Both the position numbers and the translations under genes were made by a program. From the IMG/VR virus record IMGVR_UViG_3300030110_002660: a stretch of DNA of 64,000 nucleotides; one strand, written 5' to 3'. The stretch comes from an uncultured virus (IMG/VR IMGVR_UViG_3300030110_002660) (taxonomy: Duplodnaviria; Heunggongvirae; Uroviricota; Caudoviricetes). Of this stretch, positions 1-11,042 are shown one piece after another (within the stretch, counting starts at the first letter, position 1; every line of letters begins with the position of its first letter). The notes under the pieces are model-generated. The model did not search any database. It was not told the DNA's origin and saw only the letters and a program-made list of their open reading frames with translations.

Positions 1-3000
1 AGTATTGAGTTAAGAGAAACTTTAGATGATTCAGTAAACAATGGTATATATTCTTCTGGCACAACAACTGATAGTGGTAATACTGCTGATGAAAAATTTC
101 TTACTGTACACATATCAGCAGGTAGTTCATATGTAGATGGTTATAGAATAGAACAATTCGCTCCATCTTTTATTGATGTAGAAAAACCAAGAACATTTGA
201 TTATATAAATTCTGCTGTAACTACACAGGAATTAGGCAACTTTGTTACTGCTACTAATGTTTATAGTATTCCAGAATTATCGCCGGCAGATGCAGGAGAT
301 ATAGTACCATTTAAACCAGTTTTACTTTATGATACTGCAACTTCAACTCGTGGTGCAGCTTCTGGTACAAATATTGGTGTCGCAAGAGTTAGAGCAATTG
401 AACATAGTACAGGTACAGATAGTACAAACTTTATATCTGATACTGCTGGAAATAGTTCTGAAGTAAAATTTCATTTATTTGATGTTCGTTTATTTACTGT
501 TCTTACATTGAGTGGTACTCCAAGTCCAGCGATTCCCGCTGGCTCAAGAGTAACAGGTGTAACATCTGGTGCAACTGCATTTGCGTATGCCGCTACAAGT
601 GGTACAGGATTAACTTTAATATCTGTAAATGGAACTTTCTCATCTGGAGAAAAAATAACAGAAAGTGATTCAGCAGAAACCGACCAGATAGTTGAAAATT
701 CTAGTAATGCTGATTTAACTATTTCTTCTATTGTAACAAATAATTTTTCTAAAGTTAAACAATTATATAGTGATAAAACAGATAGTTCAGATGTAGATTT
801 TAGTGCAGATGTTAAACTAACAGATGAATTTACATTAAGTGGTACTTATAGAACTGAAACATCAGGTACAGATAATTTAATTGGTGTATCTGGTTTTAAT
901 ACAGGTGAAGTTATAGTTGGAGATACTGTTGTTATTCCAACAGGAACAGCAGGTGCAACTGAAGAAAGAATTGTGGATGCTGTAACAGCTACTGCAATAT
1001 CATTTAGTGCTGCTCCATCTACTGATGCAATTACAACTGCAAACATTGTTAGAAAACGTGCAAAACTAAATGAACAAACTAAAAATATTGCAATCAGAAA
1101 ATTACCAAAAAGAAGAATTAAAACTTTATTAACTGATACTAATAGTGGAGTTTCTGATACTACAATTCAAGTAAGAAGACAATTTGTTGTACAACCTAAC
1201 TCATCTGGTGTTATAACTTTAACTGCTGGTTCTAATGAAACATTTAATACAGCATCAAATGCAAATTATACAATCGCAATTGTTCAAGATGGAACAGGTG
1301 GTAGTGGAGATGCTGGTGATATTATAGATATCACAGGAACAAATGTTGCAACGAGTGGTGCTGGTAGTGGAACTTTTACTATAACATCAACAACTGTCTT
1401 TGGTACTGCTGGTGATTTCCATGTACAAGTTCTTGCATCATTAACAAGAACAGTTGTAGGTGCAAAAACAAAAACATTAAAATCATCTAAAACTGTAATT
1501 GTTGCAAATGTTGGTTCTACTGCAAACAGAACTTATGGTTGTGATGCAAGTGATGGTGAAATTTCACTTGGTCGTGCAGATTGTTTTAGACTTCGTGCTG
1601 TTTATGAATCCTTAGCTTCAGGCACAAATGCAGCTGCTCCAACTTTAACCACAGGAAGTATCACAGGTACTTTCCAAAGAGGTGAAATAATTACTGGTGG
1701 AACAAGTGGTGCAAAAGGATTTCTTATTACCACAACAAGTCCATTACAATATGTGTTAATAACTGCAACAGACTTTTCAAGCACAGACGCACTTACAGGT
1801 GCAACATCTGGTGCTACTGCAACTGCATCTGCAAAAACAGATGGCGATACAGTTGTAACAAGTGATTTTACACTTGATACTGGACAACGAGATAACTATT
1901 ATGATATTTCAAGAATAGTTAGAAAGCCAGGTGTTCCAGCACCAACTGGAAAATTACTTGTAGTTTTTGATTATTTTGAACATGGTACTGGAGATTTATT
2001 TACTGTTGATTCGTACCCTACTGCTGGTGTAGAATTTAGTTACAAAGATATACCATCATTTGGTGCATCAAGAGTCGACCCAGATGTAAGAGACCCTGCT
2101 GGTAAATATTTTTTAAGTGATTGTGTAGATTTTAGACCAAGAGTTGCTGACATTGCAGGTGCAAGTGCAACTGTTGCTGATGTAGATACGATTACAGGAT
2201 ATTCGTTTGACTTTAATTCTCGAGCATTTAATGGTACAGGTTCATCAGTTACAGATATGTGTCAAGATGGAAAAAATATTCAAGTAGATATGGATTATTA
2301 TCTTGCAAAAAAATCTTCTTTATTTTTAACATCAGCTGGCGAATTTAAAATTGTAGATGGTTCTGCTTCAGAATCACCTAGTTTTCCAGCACCACTTGAT
2401 AATTCAATGAAACTTGCTGATATTAGTTTTGATGCATATGTAAGAGATATTAAAAGTGAAACTATGGTTAATAAAACTAATAATAGAAGATATACAATGC
2501 GTGATATCGGACTTTTAGAAAATAGAATTAAAAATATTGAATATTATACTTCATTAAGTATGTTAGAAAACGAAGCACAAAGTTTTGAAATTCAAGATGA
2601 AAATGGATTGAATAGATTTAAATCTGGTTTTGTTGTAGATAATTTTTCTGGTCATAGAGTTGGAGATGTAAATCATAAAGATTATAGAGTTTCTATGGAT
2701 ATGCAATTTAATGAACTTAGACCAAAATATTTTATGAAAGGTATTGATTTAACAGAAGAAAATACTACAACTGCTGAAAGAACTTCAGATGGATATCAAA
2801 AAACTGGTGATATTGTAACATTACCTTATACTCATACTGCAAGTATTACTCAACCATATGCTACTACTACAGAAAATTTAAATCCATTTTTATCATTTAT
2901 GTGGGCAGGTATTTGTACATTAAGTCCAAGTGGTGATGAATGGTTTGAAACACAATATAATCCAGATATAATACAAGGTATGACTGAAGGAAACTTTGAT

Positions 3001-5517
3001 ACTTTTGTCGCAGAAAATCAAAATGCAATTGGAACAGTATGGAACGCATGGGAAACACAATGGAGTGGAGTAAGGGTACATGTTCAAGGTTCTCCTGGAA
3101 CACATTGGCAATTTGTATCACAAGAAAGATTTACTGCTGCTGGACTACAAGGTGCAGGTGGTAATAGTGCAGTTGTACATCAAGAAAGAGGTACAGGTAT
3201 AAGAAGTGGAATAACTTCATCAATTGTCGAACAAATTGATGCAACAGTTATAAATGATAGATTGATTTCAAGGGCTGTAGTTCCATTTGTTCGTGCAAGA
3301 AATATAACATTTAGTGCAGTTAGTATGAAACCTAATACAAAAGTTTATCCTTATTTTGATAAACAACTTGTAACAGCATATGTAACACCAACTGGTGGTG
3401 CTTTAGGTGGAACTTTAACAACAGATGCAAGTGGTGCTGTAAGTGGAACATTTGCTATTCCAAGTCCTACTGTATCTGGTAATCCTACATGGCAAACTGG
3501 TGATATTAATTTTAGATTAACATCAAGTTCTACTAATTCAACAGCAAGTAAATCAGAAACTATGGCACAAGCAAATTATGTTGCTTCTGGAATATTAGAA
3601 ACAAGAGAAAGAGATGTTGTCGGAACTAGAAATGCTAGAATAGAAACAACATCTGTAGAAGAAACAAATGAAATGATGATAAGGGAACACTTTACTGACA
3701 TCGGTTGGCGTGACCCATTAGCACAATCATTTATATCTGAAAGCACTACTGGAGAATTTATAACAAAAGTAGATGTGTTTTTCTCTACAAAAGATTCTAC
3801 AATTCCAGTAACATTACAAATAAGAGAGATGGATAATGGACTTCCTACAAGAAAAGTTGTACCATTTGGTAGTGTAACATTAAATCCATCTTCAGTAAAT
3901 GTTGATGCGAGTACAGGTGCTACTGCAACAACATTTACTTTTGACTCTCCAATTTATATTGCACCTAATGTAGAATATGCTATGGTGTTAATGTCAGATT
4001 CACAGGATTATAATGTTTGGATTTCTCGAATGGGAGAAACAGATGTAACTGCTGGAAGATTTATAAACGACCAACCATATCTTGGTGTCTTGTTTAAATC
4101 ACAAAATAATTCTACTTGGACTGCGTTTGATTTTGAAGATTTAAAATTTACTTTATATAGAGCATCATTTACAACTAATCAATCTGGTACTTTAACATTA
4201 AATAATGATGCATTATCAACACAAACTTTAAACAAAAATTCTATAGAAAGTTTTGCTTCAACTGCTCTTGTCAAAGTTAGACAAACAGACCATCATATGT
4301 ATTCAACATCAAATAATGTAACTATTGCTGGTGTATCAAGTGGATTATCAACAACATTAAATGGTGCAATTAATGATAGTACTACAAGTCCTATTTTAGA
4401 TTCTGTAACAAACTTTACAGATACAAGTGGAGTTTATAATAGAATTTCATCAAATTATTATATTAAAATTGATGATGAGATTATTTTATATACAGGTGTT
4501 TCTACTAAAACACTTACTGGTGTAACAAGAGGGGCAAGAAGTACAACTGCCGCTGCTCATGCTGATGGTGCAACGGTTGAGTTCTATCAATTCAATGGAT
4601 TAATATTAGATGAAATTAATAAAACACATACTGCAGTTGCGAATGTAGGAATTGATTCTTATACTGTTGCAACTACACTTTCAGCTGAAACTGCTGGAAC
4701 ATTTGGTGGCAGTTCTATAACTGCAACACAAAACGCATTGTTTGACACCTTTAAAGTATTACTACCAACATTAGGATTTCCAGAAACTACATTAGTTCCA
4801 ACTATTGAATCTACAACTGGAACAAGTCCAGATGGAACTCAAAGTTCATTTACTAAATCAGGTACAGGATTACAGTTTGATTTAAATGAAAATTATTATT
4901 GTGACGAACCAAAAATTATTGCATCTGGTATTAATGAAACAAATGAAATGTCTGGTGTTAAATCATTATCATTAAATTTTGTATTAAATAGTACAAGTGA
5001 ATTTGTTTCACCATATGTTGATTTAGATAAAAAATCAATCGTTTGTGTTGCAAATAGAATAACAAATATAGATAGTTCATCTGATGTTTATCCAACAACC
5101 GATTTTGTTGATGCAATCGAACCAGAAGGCGATAGTGGAGAAACAGTTTACATAACTAAAAAGGTTGGATTAGATAGTCCTGCTACTGCGTTGAGAGTTG
5201 TTCTTGATGCACATAAACCTTCTACTGCTGATATTAAGGTTATGTTTAAAATTCTAAGGTCAGATGACGCATCTAACTTTGATGATTTAGGTTGGCAATA
5301 TTTTAATACTACTGGAACTACTGATAATACAGTAAGTGCAAATACTACAAAAGATGATTTTACTGAATATCAATATACTGCAGGTAAAAAAGATGATGGT
5401 ACAGGAAGTGCATTAGATGAATTTATTTCATTTGCGATTAAGATTAAAATGCAAGGAACAAATTGCGCTGATGTACCAAGAATAAAAGATTTAAGGGCGT
5501 TAGCACTAGCAACATAA
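1..5517 (+). CDS. Very large virion structural protein, VrlC-like/DUF4815-type, 5'-truncated
   Basis: Frame 1 is open from base 1 (SIELRETLDD...), so the ORF-track start at 508 is not the true start. Thr/Ser/Gly-rich. Motifs RRYTMRDIGLLENRIKNIEYYTSLS, NRFKSGFVVDNF, DPLAQSF and C-terminal PRIKDLRALAL are typical of this family. Lies just upstream of the neck genes. Confidence 0.8.
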   Translation, partial: SIELRETLDDSVNNGIYSSGTTTDSGNTADEKFLTVHISAGSSYVDGYRIEQFAPSFIDVEKPRTFDYINSAVTTQELGNFVTATNVYSIPELSPADAGDIVPFKPVLLYDTATSTRGAASGTNIGVARVRAIEHSTGTDSTNFISDTAGNSSEVKFHLFDVRLFTVLTLSGTPSPAIPAGSRVTGVTSGATAFAYAATSGTGLTLISVNGTFSSGEKITESDSAETDQIVENSSNADLTISSIVTNNFSKVKQLYSDKTDSSDVDFSADVKLTDEFTLSGTYRTETSGTDNLIGVSGFNTGEVIVGDTVVIPTGTAGATEERIVDAVTATAISFSAAPSTDAITTANIVRKRAKLNEQTKNIAIRKLPKRRIKTLLTDTNSGVSDTTIQVRRQFVVQPNSSGVITLTAGSNETFNTASNANYTIAIVQDGTGGSGDAGDIIDITGTNVATSGAGSGTFTITSTTVFGTAGDFHVQVLASLTRTVVGAKTKTLKSSKTVIVANVGSTANRTYGCDASDGEISLGRADCFRLRAVYESLASGTNAAAPTLTTGSITGTFQRGEIITGGTSGAKGFLITTTSPLQYVLITATDFSSTDALTGATSGATATASAKTDGDTVVTSDFTLDTGQRDNYYDISRIVRKPGVPAPTGKLLVVFDYFEHGTGDLFTVDSYPTAGVEFSYKDIPSFGASRVDPDVRDPAGKYFLSDCVDFRPRVADIAGASATVADVDTITGYSFDFNSRAFNGTGSSVTDMCQDGKNIQVDMDYYLAKKSSLFLTSAGEFKIVDGSASESPSFPAPLDNSMKLADISFDAYVRDIKSETMVNKTNNRRYTMRDIGLLENRIKNIEYYTSLSMLENEAQSFEIQDENGLNRFKSGFVVDNFSGHRVGDVNHKDYRVSMDMQFNELRPKYFMKGIDLTEENTTTAERTSDGYQKTGDIVTLPYTHTASITQPYATTTENLNPFLSFMWAGICTLSPSGDEWFETQYNPDIIQGMTEGNFDTFVAENQNAIGTVWNAWETQWSGVRVHVQGSPGTHWQFVSQERFTAAGLQGAGGNSAVVHQERGTGIRSGITSSIVEQIDATVINDRLISRAVVPFVRARNITFSAVSMKPNTKVYPYFDKQLVTAYVTPTGGALGGTLTTDASGAVSGTFAIPSPTVSGNPTWQTGDINFRLTSSSTNSTASKSETMAQANYVASGILETRERDVVGTRNARIETTSVEETNEMMIREHFTDIGWRDPLAQSFISESTTGEFITKVDVFFSTKDSTIPVTLQIREMDNGLPTRKVVPFGSVTLNPSSVNVDASTGATATTFTFDSPIYIAPNVEYAMVLMSDSQDYNVWISRMGETDVTAGRFINDQPYLGVLFKSQNNSTWTAFDFEDLKFTLYRASFTTNQSGTLTLNNDALSTQTLNKNSIESFASTALVKVRQTDHHMYSTSNNVTIAGVSSGLSTTLNGAINDSTTSPILDSVTNFTDTSGVYNRISSNYYIKIDDEIILYTGVSTKTLTGVTRGARSTTAAAHADGATVEFYQFNGLILDEINKTHTAVANVGIDSYTVATTLSAETAGTFGGSSITATQNALFDTFKVLLPTLGFPETTLVPTIESTTGTSPDGTQSSFTKSGTGLQFDLNENYYCDEPKIIASGINETNEMSGVKSLSLNFVLNSTSEFVSPYVDLDKKSIVCVANRITNIDSSSDVYPTTDFVDAIEPEGDSGETVYITKKVGLDSPATALRVVLDAHKPSTADIKVMFKILRSDDASNFDDLGWQYFNTTGTTDNTVSANTTKDDFTEYQYTAGKKDDGTGSALDEFISFAIKIKMQGTNCADVPRIKDLRALALAT

Positions 5518-5521
5518 AACT

Positions 5522-5761
5522 ATGAATGAAAAAATACTTGATACAATACCAGTAAAAGATAAATCGGATTTATCAAGAGATGTTCATTCTAATGCGATTA
5601 TTAACACGAATAGAAGTGCATATGAAATGGCAGTTAAAAGGTCAAAAGATGCAAAAAAACAAAGAGATGAAATTAAAGAAGCAACTAGAGAAATAAACGC
5701 ATTAAAAACTGAAATGCAAGAAATTAAATCTCTTTTACTTAAATTAGCTAACACTCCTTAG
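5522..5761 (+). CDS. Small conserved hypothetical protein with C-terminal coiled coil
   Basis: 79-aa ORF directly after the VrlC-like gene; RDVHSNAIIN motif followed by a heptad pattern. Confidence 0.65.
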   Translation: MNEKILDTIPVKDKSDLSRDVHSNAIINTNRSAYEMAVKRSKDAKKQRDEIKEATREINALKTEMQEIKSLLLKLANTP

Positions 5762-5783
5762 TCGTTTATTAGTCCATCTTCTT

Positions 5784-5791
5784 TATAAATA
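5784..5791 (+). promoter_or_regulatory. T4-type late promoter (gp55-dependent)
   Basis: TATAAATA 19 nt upstream of the gp13 start. Confidence 0.8.
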
Positions 5792-5810
5792 TAAACAAAG
5801 GAAGAATTAA

Positions 5811-6629
5811 ATGGCAACACCAACAACAAAAGCAACATTTAAAGATTACTGTTTAAGAGCATTAGGACAACCAGTCATTGAAATTAATGTTGATGATGAC
5901 CAATGTGATGATAGAGTTGAAGAAGCACTTCAATATTTTCAAGAATATCATTACAATGGTGTAGAAAGAGTTTTTCTTAAACACGTAATAACAGCTGCAG
6001 ATTTAACAAGAGGACAAGCAAACGATAGTGCTGTAACTGCAACAGATGATAAAGATGGTTCGACAACTAGTGATTGGGTAGAAGGAAAAGGATTTATACC
6101 AGTTCCAGATACAGTTTTATCAGTTGTTAAAGTTTTTGCTTTTGATGATAGTTCAACCAATAATATATTTGATGTAAGATACCAATTAAGATTAAATGAT
6201 ATATATGATTTTTCTTCTACAGAAGTTATGCATTATAAAATGACAATGCAACATTTATCTTTTTTAAATCAAATGTTAGTTGGAGAAATTCCAATAAGAC
6301 ATAATCAACATCAAAACAGATTGTATATAGATATGGATTGGACAAATGATATTTCTGCTGGTGAATATTTAATTATTGAAGCATATAGACAACTCGACCC
6401 AGATACTTATAGTTCTATATGGAATGATTTATATTTTAAAAGATATGCAACTGCATTAATAAAAAAACAATGGGGAAACAATCTACTTAAATTCAGAGGT
6501 ATGCAAATGTTGGGTGGTGTTGAAATTAATGGTGAGACCATTCTTGCTGAAGCAAAAGAAGAACTAGAAAAACTTCAAGAAGACATAAAACTAGCATATG
6601 ATGTACCACCAATGGTACAAATAGGATAG
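5811..6629 (+). CDS. gp13: Neck protein gp13
   Basis: YCLRALGQPVIEINVDDDQ and KKQWGNNLLKF..QMLGGV motifs; synteny. Confidence 0.92.
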   Translation: MATPTTKATFKDYCLRALGQPVIEINVDDDQCDDRVEEALQYFQEYHYNGVERVFLKHVITAADLTRGQANDSAVTATDDKDGSTTSDWVEGKGFIPVPDTVLSVVKVFAFDDSSTNNIFDVRYQLRLNDIYDFSSTEVMHYKMTMQHLSFLNQMLVGEIPIRHNQHQNRLYIDMDWTNDISAGEYLIIEAYRQLDPDTYSSIWNDLYFKRYATALIKKQWGNNLLKFRGMQMLGGVEINGETILAEAKEELEKLQEDIKLAYDVPPMVQIG

Positions 6630-6633
6630 ATAA

Positions 6634-7716
6634 ATGGCGCCCACAAATGTGTATTTTGATACTGGAACTCAATCAGAACAAGACCTTTACGAAGCTATAG
6701 CTATAGAACAAATAAAAATACAAGGTCAAGAAGTATATTACTTACCAAGAACTCTTGTAAAGGAAGATAATCTTTTTGGTGAAGATACTCTTTCTAAGTT
6801 TGATGATGCCTATTTAATCGAAATGACATTTAACGAAGTTGAAGGTTTCGGTGGCGAAAAAGAATTAATGGGCAAATTCGGTTTGGAAATGAGAGAAGAA
6901 TGTTCTTTTACAGTTTCAAGAAGAAGATTCGAAGAACTAGTTGGAACTGACTCTAATCTCATAGTTTCATCAAGACCAAATGAAGGCGATGTAATTTATT
7001 TTCCAACAGTAAATAAAATGTTTGAAATAACATTTGTTGACCATGACGACCCATTCTATCAAGTACAAAATAGACCTACTTTTAGATTAAGTTGTAGAAC
7101 ATTTGAATATTCAAGTGAAATTATTGATACAGATATTAAAGAAATAGATGCTATAGAAACAACATTTACAAGAGATTCAATGCAGTATCAAGTTTCAATG
7201 GAACAAAGTGGTACATATACAGAAAGTTTCTTATTAGAAGATTCAACTGGTGGAGATAATTTAGTATTAGATGGTACAGATGGTTCTAGTACAAATGCTA
7301 ATAGTGATATTATTGGTGAAACTGAATACTTATCTGGTGCAATACTCGCAGAAGATACCGAACAATCAAGAATTGATTATTTTGATAATTTTGGTTTATC
7401 ATTTACTGTTGGAGAAAGAATTGTTGGTGCAAGTTCTGGCGCTATTGCATATGTGTTAGATACACTAGACCCAATGGCATATACTTTAATTACTGCAACA
7501 GAATTTACAGATGGCGAAACTTTTACTGGTCAAACAAGTCAAACCACAGCAAAAATAAAAGATTTACTAGGAACAAAACACTATATAGTTAAAGAGGATT
7601 ATATAGTAGGAGACCAAAGTTCAGATTATAAAGCACAAAATGAATATCTTAATACACTTGATGATACCATTTTTGATTTTTCTGAATCAAATCCATTCTC
7701 AGAAGGTGGATTATAG
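6634..7716 (+). CDS. gp14: Neck protein gp14, with C-terminal insertion
   Basis: VYYLPR, KFGLEMR, RPNEGDVIYFP and terminal DFSESNPF motifs. Confidence 0.92.
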   Translation: MAPTNVYFDTGTQSEQDLYEAIAIEQIKIQGQEVYYLPRTLVKEDNLFGEDTLSKFDDAYLIEMTFNEVEGFGGEKELMGKFGLEMREECSFTVSRRRFEELVGTDSNLIVSSRPNEGDVIYFPTVNKMFEITFVDHDDPFYQVQNRPTFRLSCRTFEYSSEIIDTDIKEIDAIETTFTRDSMQYQVSMEQSGTYTESFLLEDSTGGDNLVLDGTDGSSTNANSDIIGETEYLSGAILAEDTEQSRIDYFDNFGLSFTVGERIVGASSGAIAYVLDTLDPMAYTLITATEFTDGETFTGQTSQTTAKIKDLLGTKHYIVKEDYIVGDQSSDYKAQNEYLNTLDDTIFDFSESNPFSEGGL

Positions 7717-7728
7717 GAGTTATAAATT

Positions 7729-8532
7729 ATGTTAGGGCAATCACAATTTTATCACGAAACAATTAGAAAACTAGTAGTAGCTTTCGGAAGTATGTTTAAT
7801 GACATTCATTTAGTTCGTAAGAACAATGCTGGTGTTATTACACAAACTATGAAAGTTCCACTTGCATACGGGCCGAAACAAAAGTTTCTTGCAAGACTTA
7901 GACAAGATGCAACTTTAGATAATAAAGTTGCAGTAACTTTACCTCGTATTGGTTTTGAAATAACTGGTTTAACTTACGACCCAGCAAGAAAATTAAATCG
8001 TGTTCAAAAATATAAAAAAGTTAAAAGTGGTACTGATAAAAAATTAGATACTCAATACATGCCTGTTCCTTATAATTTAGAATTTGCATTATCTATCATG
8101 TCAAAAAATAGTGATGATGGATTACAAATACTAGAACAAATACTTCCATACTTTCAACCAGATTATACTGTAACAATTAATGATAATATTGCAATGGATT
8201 CTAAAAGAGATATTCCTATTATATTAAATAGTATTAGTTACGAAGATAGTTACGAAGGTGATTTTGCTTCAAGACGTTCTATAATATATAATCTTGCTTT
8301 CACATTGAAATTTTATTTGTATGGGCCAGTTACTTCATCAAGTGTTATCAAAACTGTACAAGTCGACCAATATGCAGACTTGCCTGATAAATCTCCTACA
8401 AGAGAACAGAGATATACAGTTACACCTGACCCAACAACAGCAGATGCTGATGATGATTTTGGATTTAATGAAACAACATCTTTCTATCAAGATGCTAAAG
8501 ATTTCAATTCAAACACAGGCGCTGACGAATAA
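7729..8532 (+). CDS. gp15: Tail sheath stabilizer/terminator gp15
   Basis: FYHETIRK, VPLAYGPKQKFLAR, QILEQILPYFQP motifs. Confidence 0.93.
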   Translation: MLGQSQFYHETIRKLVVAFGSMFNDIHLVRKNNAGVITQTMKVPLAYGPKQKFLARLRQDATLDNKVAVTLPRIGFEITGLTYDPARKLNRVQKYKKVKSGTDKKLDTQYMPVPYNLEFALSIMSKNSDDGLQILEQILPYFQPDYTVTINDNIAMDSKRDIPIILNSISYEDSYEGDFASRRSIIYNLAFTLKFYLYGPVTSSSVIKTVQVDQYADLPDKSPTREQRYTVTPDPTTADADDDFGFNETTSFYQDAKDFNSNTGADE

Positions 8533-8553
8533 ATACTTCTGTAGGACAGTATT

Positions 8554-9000
8554 ATGAGTGTTGATGAAAAAATAAACGAAGCATTGGGTATTGTTGGTGA
8601 TATAGAAACCTCTATGCCTGAAGATAATAAAGTTATTCCCCGACCATCTGGTGATGACGAAAAAGAAATTGACTATAAGTATAGTCGTGAAAATTTCTAT
8701 AACCTAATTGAAAGAGGTCAAGATGCGATTGATGGTATTATCACTCTTGCAAAAGAATCAGAACATCCAAGAACATATGAAGTTGCTGGACAATTAATTA
8801 AAAATGTTGCTGAAGTAACAGAAAAATTAATGCAACTTCAAAATGATATGAAAAAATTAAAAGAAGTTCCTAGTAATGCACCAAAAAATGTAACTAACGC
8901 ATTGTTCGTTGGTTCGACTGCTGAACTACAAAAAGCATTAACTGGAAAAGGAAGAATAATAGATGCCGACATTAGAAAGTCAGACAGTACAACTGACTAA
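8554..9000 (+). CDS. gp16: Terminase small subunit gp16
   Basis: HPRTYEVAGQLIK and NALFVGSTAELQK motifs. Confidence 0.92.
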   Translation: MSVDEKINEALGIVGDIETSMPEDNKVIPRPSGDDEKEIDYKYSRENFYNLIERGQDAIDGIITLAKESEHPRTYEVAGQLIKNVAEVTEKLMQLQNDMKKLKEVPSNAPKNVTNALFVGSTAELQKALTGKGRIIDADIRKSDSTTD

Positions 9001-9397
9001 TTTTTTATTGCCGTGGATTGGTATTTTAATTAGTGCCATTATTGCAATTATGTTTAAAGATTGGGCAACATCTTTAGCAAAAGGATTGCAATTTAAATGG
9101 AATCCTGCTTTTAATGAGGGCGATACAATTATTCTTGATGGTCAAGAAGGAATGATTGTTAAAATTGGTGCAAGAGAAACAGTCTTTAGTGTATATTCTG
9201 ATAGTGGTTTGGTATGGAGATATGTTCCTAATGAAAGAATTGCATTTTTAAAATTAGAAAAAGTAATGAATCCTAATTTACATTTAGATACTGAAGAAGA
9301 AAAAGCAAAAAAATTACAAAGCATGATTGATATGTTGCAAGATGAAAAAATTATTGAGAATAAAAAAGATATAGAGCAATTGAAAAATGGCAAGTAA
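8963..9397 (+). CDS. Minimal MscS-like (small mechanosensitive channel) membrane protein
   Basis: Hydrophobic helix, then FKDWATSLAKGL (TM3-like) and FNEGDTIILDGQEGMIVKIGARET...YVPN, matching the MscS beta-domain pattern F..GD.I...G..G.V..I..R.T...IPN. Confidence 0.65.
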   Translation: MPTLESQTVQLTNFLLPWIGILISAIIAIMFKDWATSLAKGLQFKWNPAFNEGDTIILDGQEGMIVKIGARETVFSVYSDSGLVWRYVPNERIAFLKLEKVMNPNLHLDTEEEKAKKLQSMIDMLQDEKIIENKKDIEQLKNGK

Positions 9398-11042
9398 TCA
9401 CAGTCAAACTTATTTAAATAATCCTAACTTAAAAGCTGCCAACGTACAAGAGAATTGGACACCAGAAACAGTTAAAGAATACACTAAGTGTATGAAAGAC
9501 CCACTCTACTTTATTGAAAATTATATTAAAATTATATCTCTTGATGAAGGTTTAGTACCTTTCAGTATGTATAAGTTTCAAAAGAAAATGGTTAAAACTT
9601 TTGATAAGAATCGTTTTAGTATTTGTAAACTTCCAAGACAATCTGGAAAATCTACAACCATAATATCTTATTTGTTATATTATGTTTTATTTAATTCAAC
9701 TGTTAATGTTGCTATTCTTGCAAACAAAGCTGCAACTGCAAGAGATATCTTAGGAAGATTACAACTTGCATATGAAAATTTACCTAAGTGGTTACAACAA
9801 GGTGTGTTACAATGGAACAAAGGTTCTCTTGAATTAGAAAATGGTTCTAAAATACTTGCCGCTTCTACAAGTGCTAGTGCAGTAAGAGGTGGTAGTTATA
9901 ATATTATTTTCTTAGATGAGTTTGCATATGTTCCAAGTAATATCGCAGAACAATTTTTTAATTCGGTTTATCCTACGATATCTGCTGGTACAAGTACAAA
10001 AGTAATTATAGTTTCAACTCCAAGAGGTATGAATATGTTTTATAAGTTGTGGGTTGATGCAACGAATAAAAGAAATTCGTATATACCAATAGAAGTTGGT
10101 TGGAAAGAAATTCCTGGCAGAACTGAAAAATGGAAAAAAGAAACTATACGAAATACATCAGAGGCACAATTTCAAACAGAATTTGAATGTGAGTTTTTGG
10201 GTTCTGTAAATACTTTAATATCGCCGTCTAAATTAAGACGACTTGCATATAAAAATCCAATTAAAACAAGTGCTGGATTAGATGTTCATGTAATGCCAGA
10301 AAAAGGACATAGTTATATCTTGGTTGCAGATGTATCAAGAGGACTTGCAAATGATTATTCTGCATTTTTAGTTATTGATATAACAGAACTACCATATAAA
10401 GTTGTTGCAAAATATAGAGATAACGAAATTAAACCTTTATTGTTTCCAAATAAAATACAGGATGTTGCAAAAGTTTATAACCAAGCATTTGTTCTTATAG
10501 AAGTAAATGATATTGGAGAGCAAGTTGCACATGCATTACAATTTGATTTAGAATATGATAACATGTTAATGGCGATGATGCGTGGTCGTGCTGGACAGAT
10601 ACTTGGCTCTGGTCTTGGTGGTGCTGGTAGGTCACAACTTGGTGTAAGAACAACAAAAGCTGTAAAGAGAATTGGTTGTTCCAATTTTAAAACATTACTA
10701 GAATCAGATAAATTTATTACAGAAGATTATGATTTAATAAATGAAATGTCAACTTTTATTATTCATGGAAGTTCATATGCTGCTGATGATGGTTGTAATG
10801 ATGATTTAGTAATGTGTGCTATATTATTTTCATGGTGTACTACTCAACAATTCTTTAAAGAATTAACTGATATTGATTTAAGAAAAAAAATAAGTTTAGA
10901 ATCAGCAGACCAACTTGAAAGTGATATGTTACCATTTGGGTTTGTTCAAGATGGTTTTCAAGAAGATAATGTCGGTGAAGAATTAGTAGATAATTATGGA
11001 ACTAGGTGGTCGCCTGTTGTAAGAACAACTGATGACTTTTAA
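9387..11042 (+). CDS. gp17: Terminase large subunit gp17
   Basis: Walker A PRQSGKST, Walker B IIFLDEFA, nuclease motifs ADVSRG..DYSA and NDDLVM. Confidence 0.97.
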   Translation: MASNHSQTYLNNPNLKAANVQENWTPETVKEYTKCMKDPLYFIENYIKIISLDEGLVPFSMYKFQKKMVKTFDKNRFSICKLPRQSGKSTTIISYLLYYVLFNSTVNVAILANKAATARDILGRLQLAYENLPKWLQQGVLQWNKGSLELENGSKILAASTSASAVRGGSYNIIFLDEFAYVPSNIAEQFFNSVYPTISAGTSTKVIIVSTPRGMNMFYKLWVDATNKRNSYIPIEVGWKEIPGRTEKWKKETIRNTSEAQFQTEFECEFLGSVNTLISPSKLRRLAYKNPIKTSAGLDVHVMPEKGHSYILVADVSRGLANDYSAFLVIDITELPYKVVAKYRDNEIKPLLFPNKIQDVAKVYNQAFVLIEVNDIGEQVAHALQFDLEYDNMLMAMMRGRAGQILGSGLGGAGRSQLGVRTTKAVKRIGCSNFKTLLESDKFITEDYDLINEMSTFIIHGSSYAADDGCNDDLVMCAILFSWCTTQQFFKELTDIDLRKKISLESADQLESDMLPFGFVQDGFQEDNVGEELVDNYGTRWSPVVRTTDDF

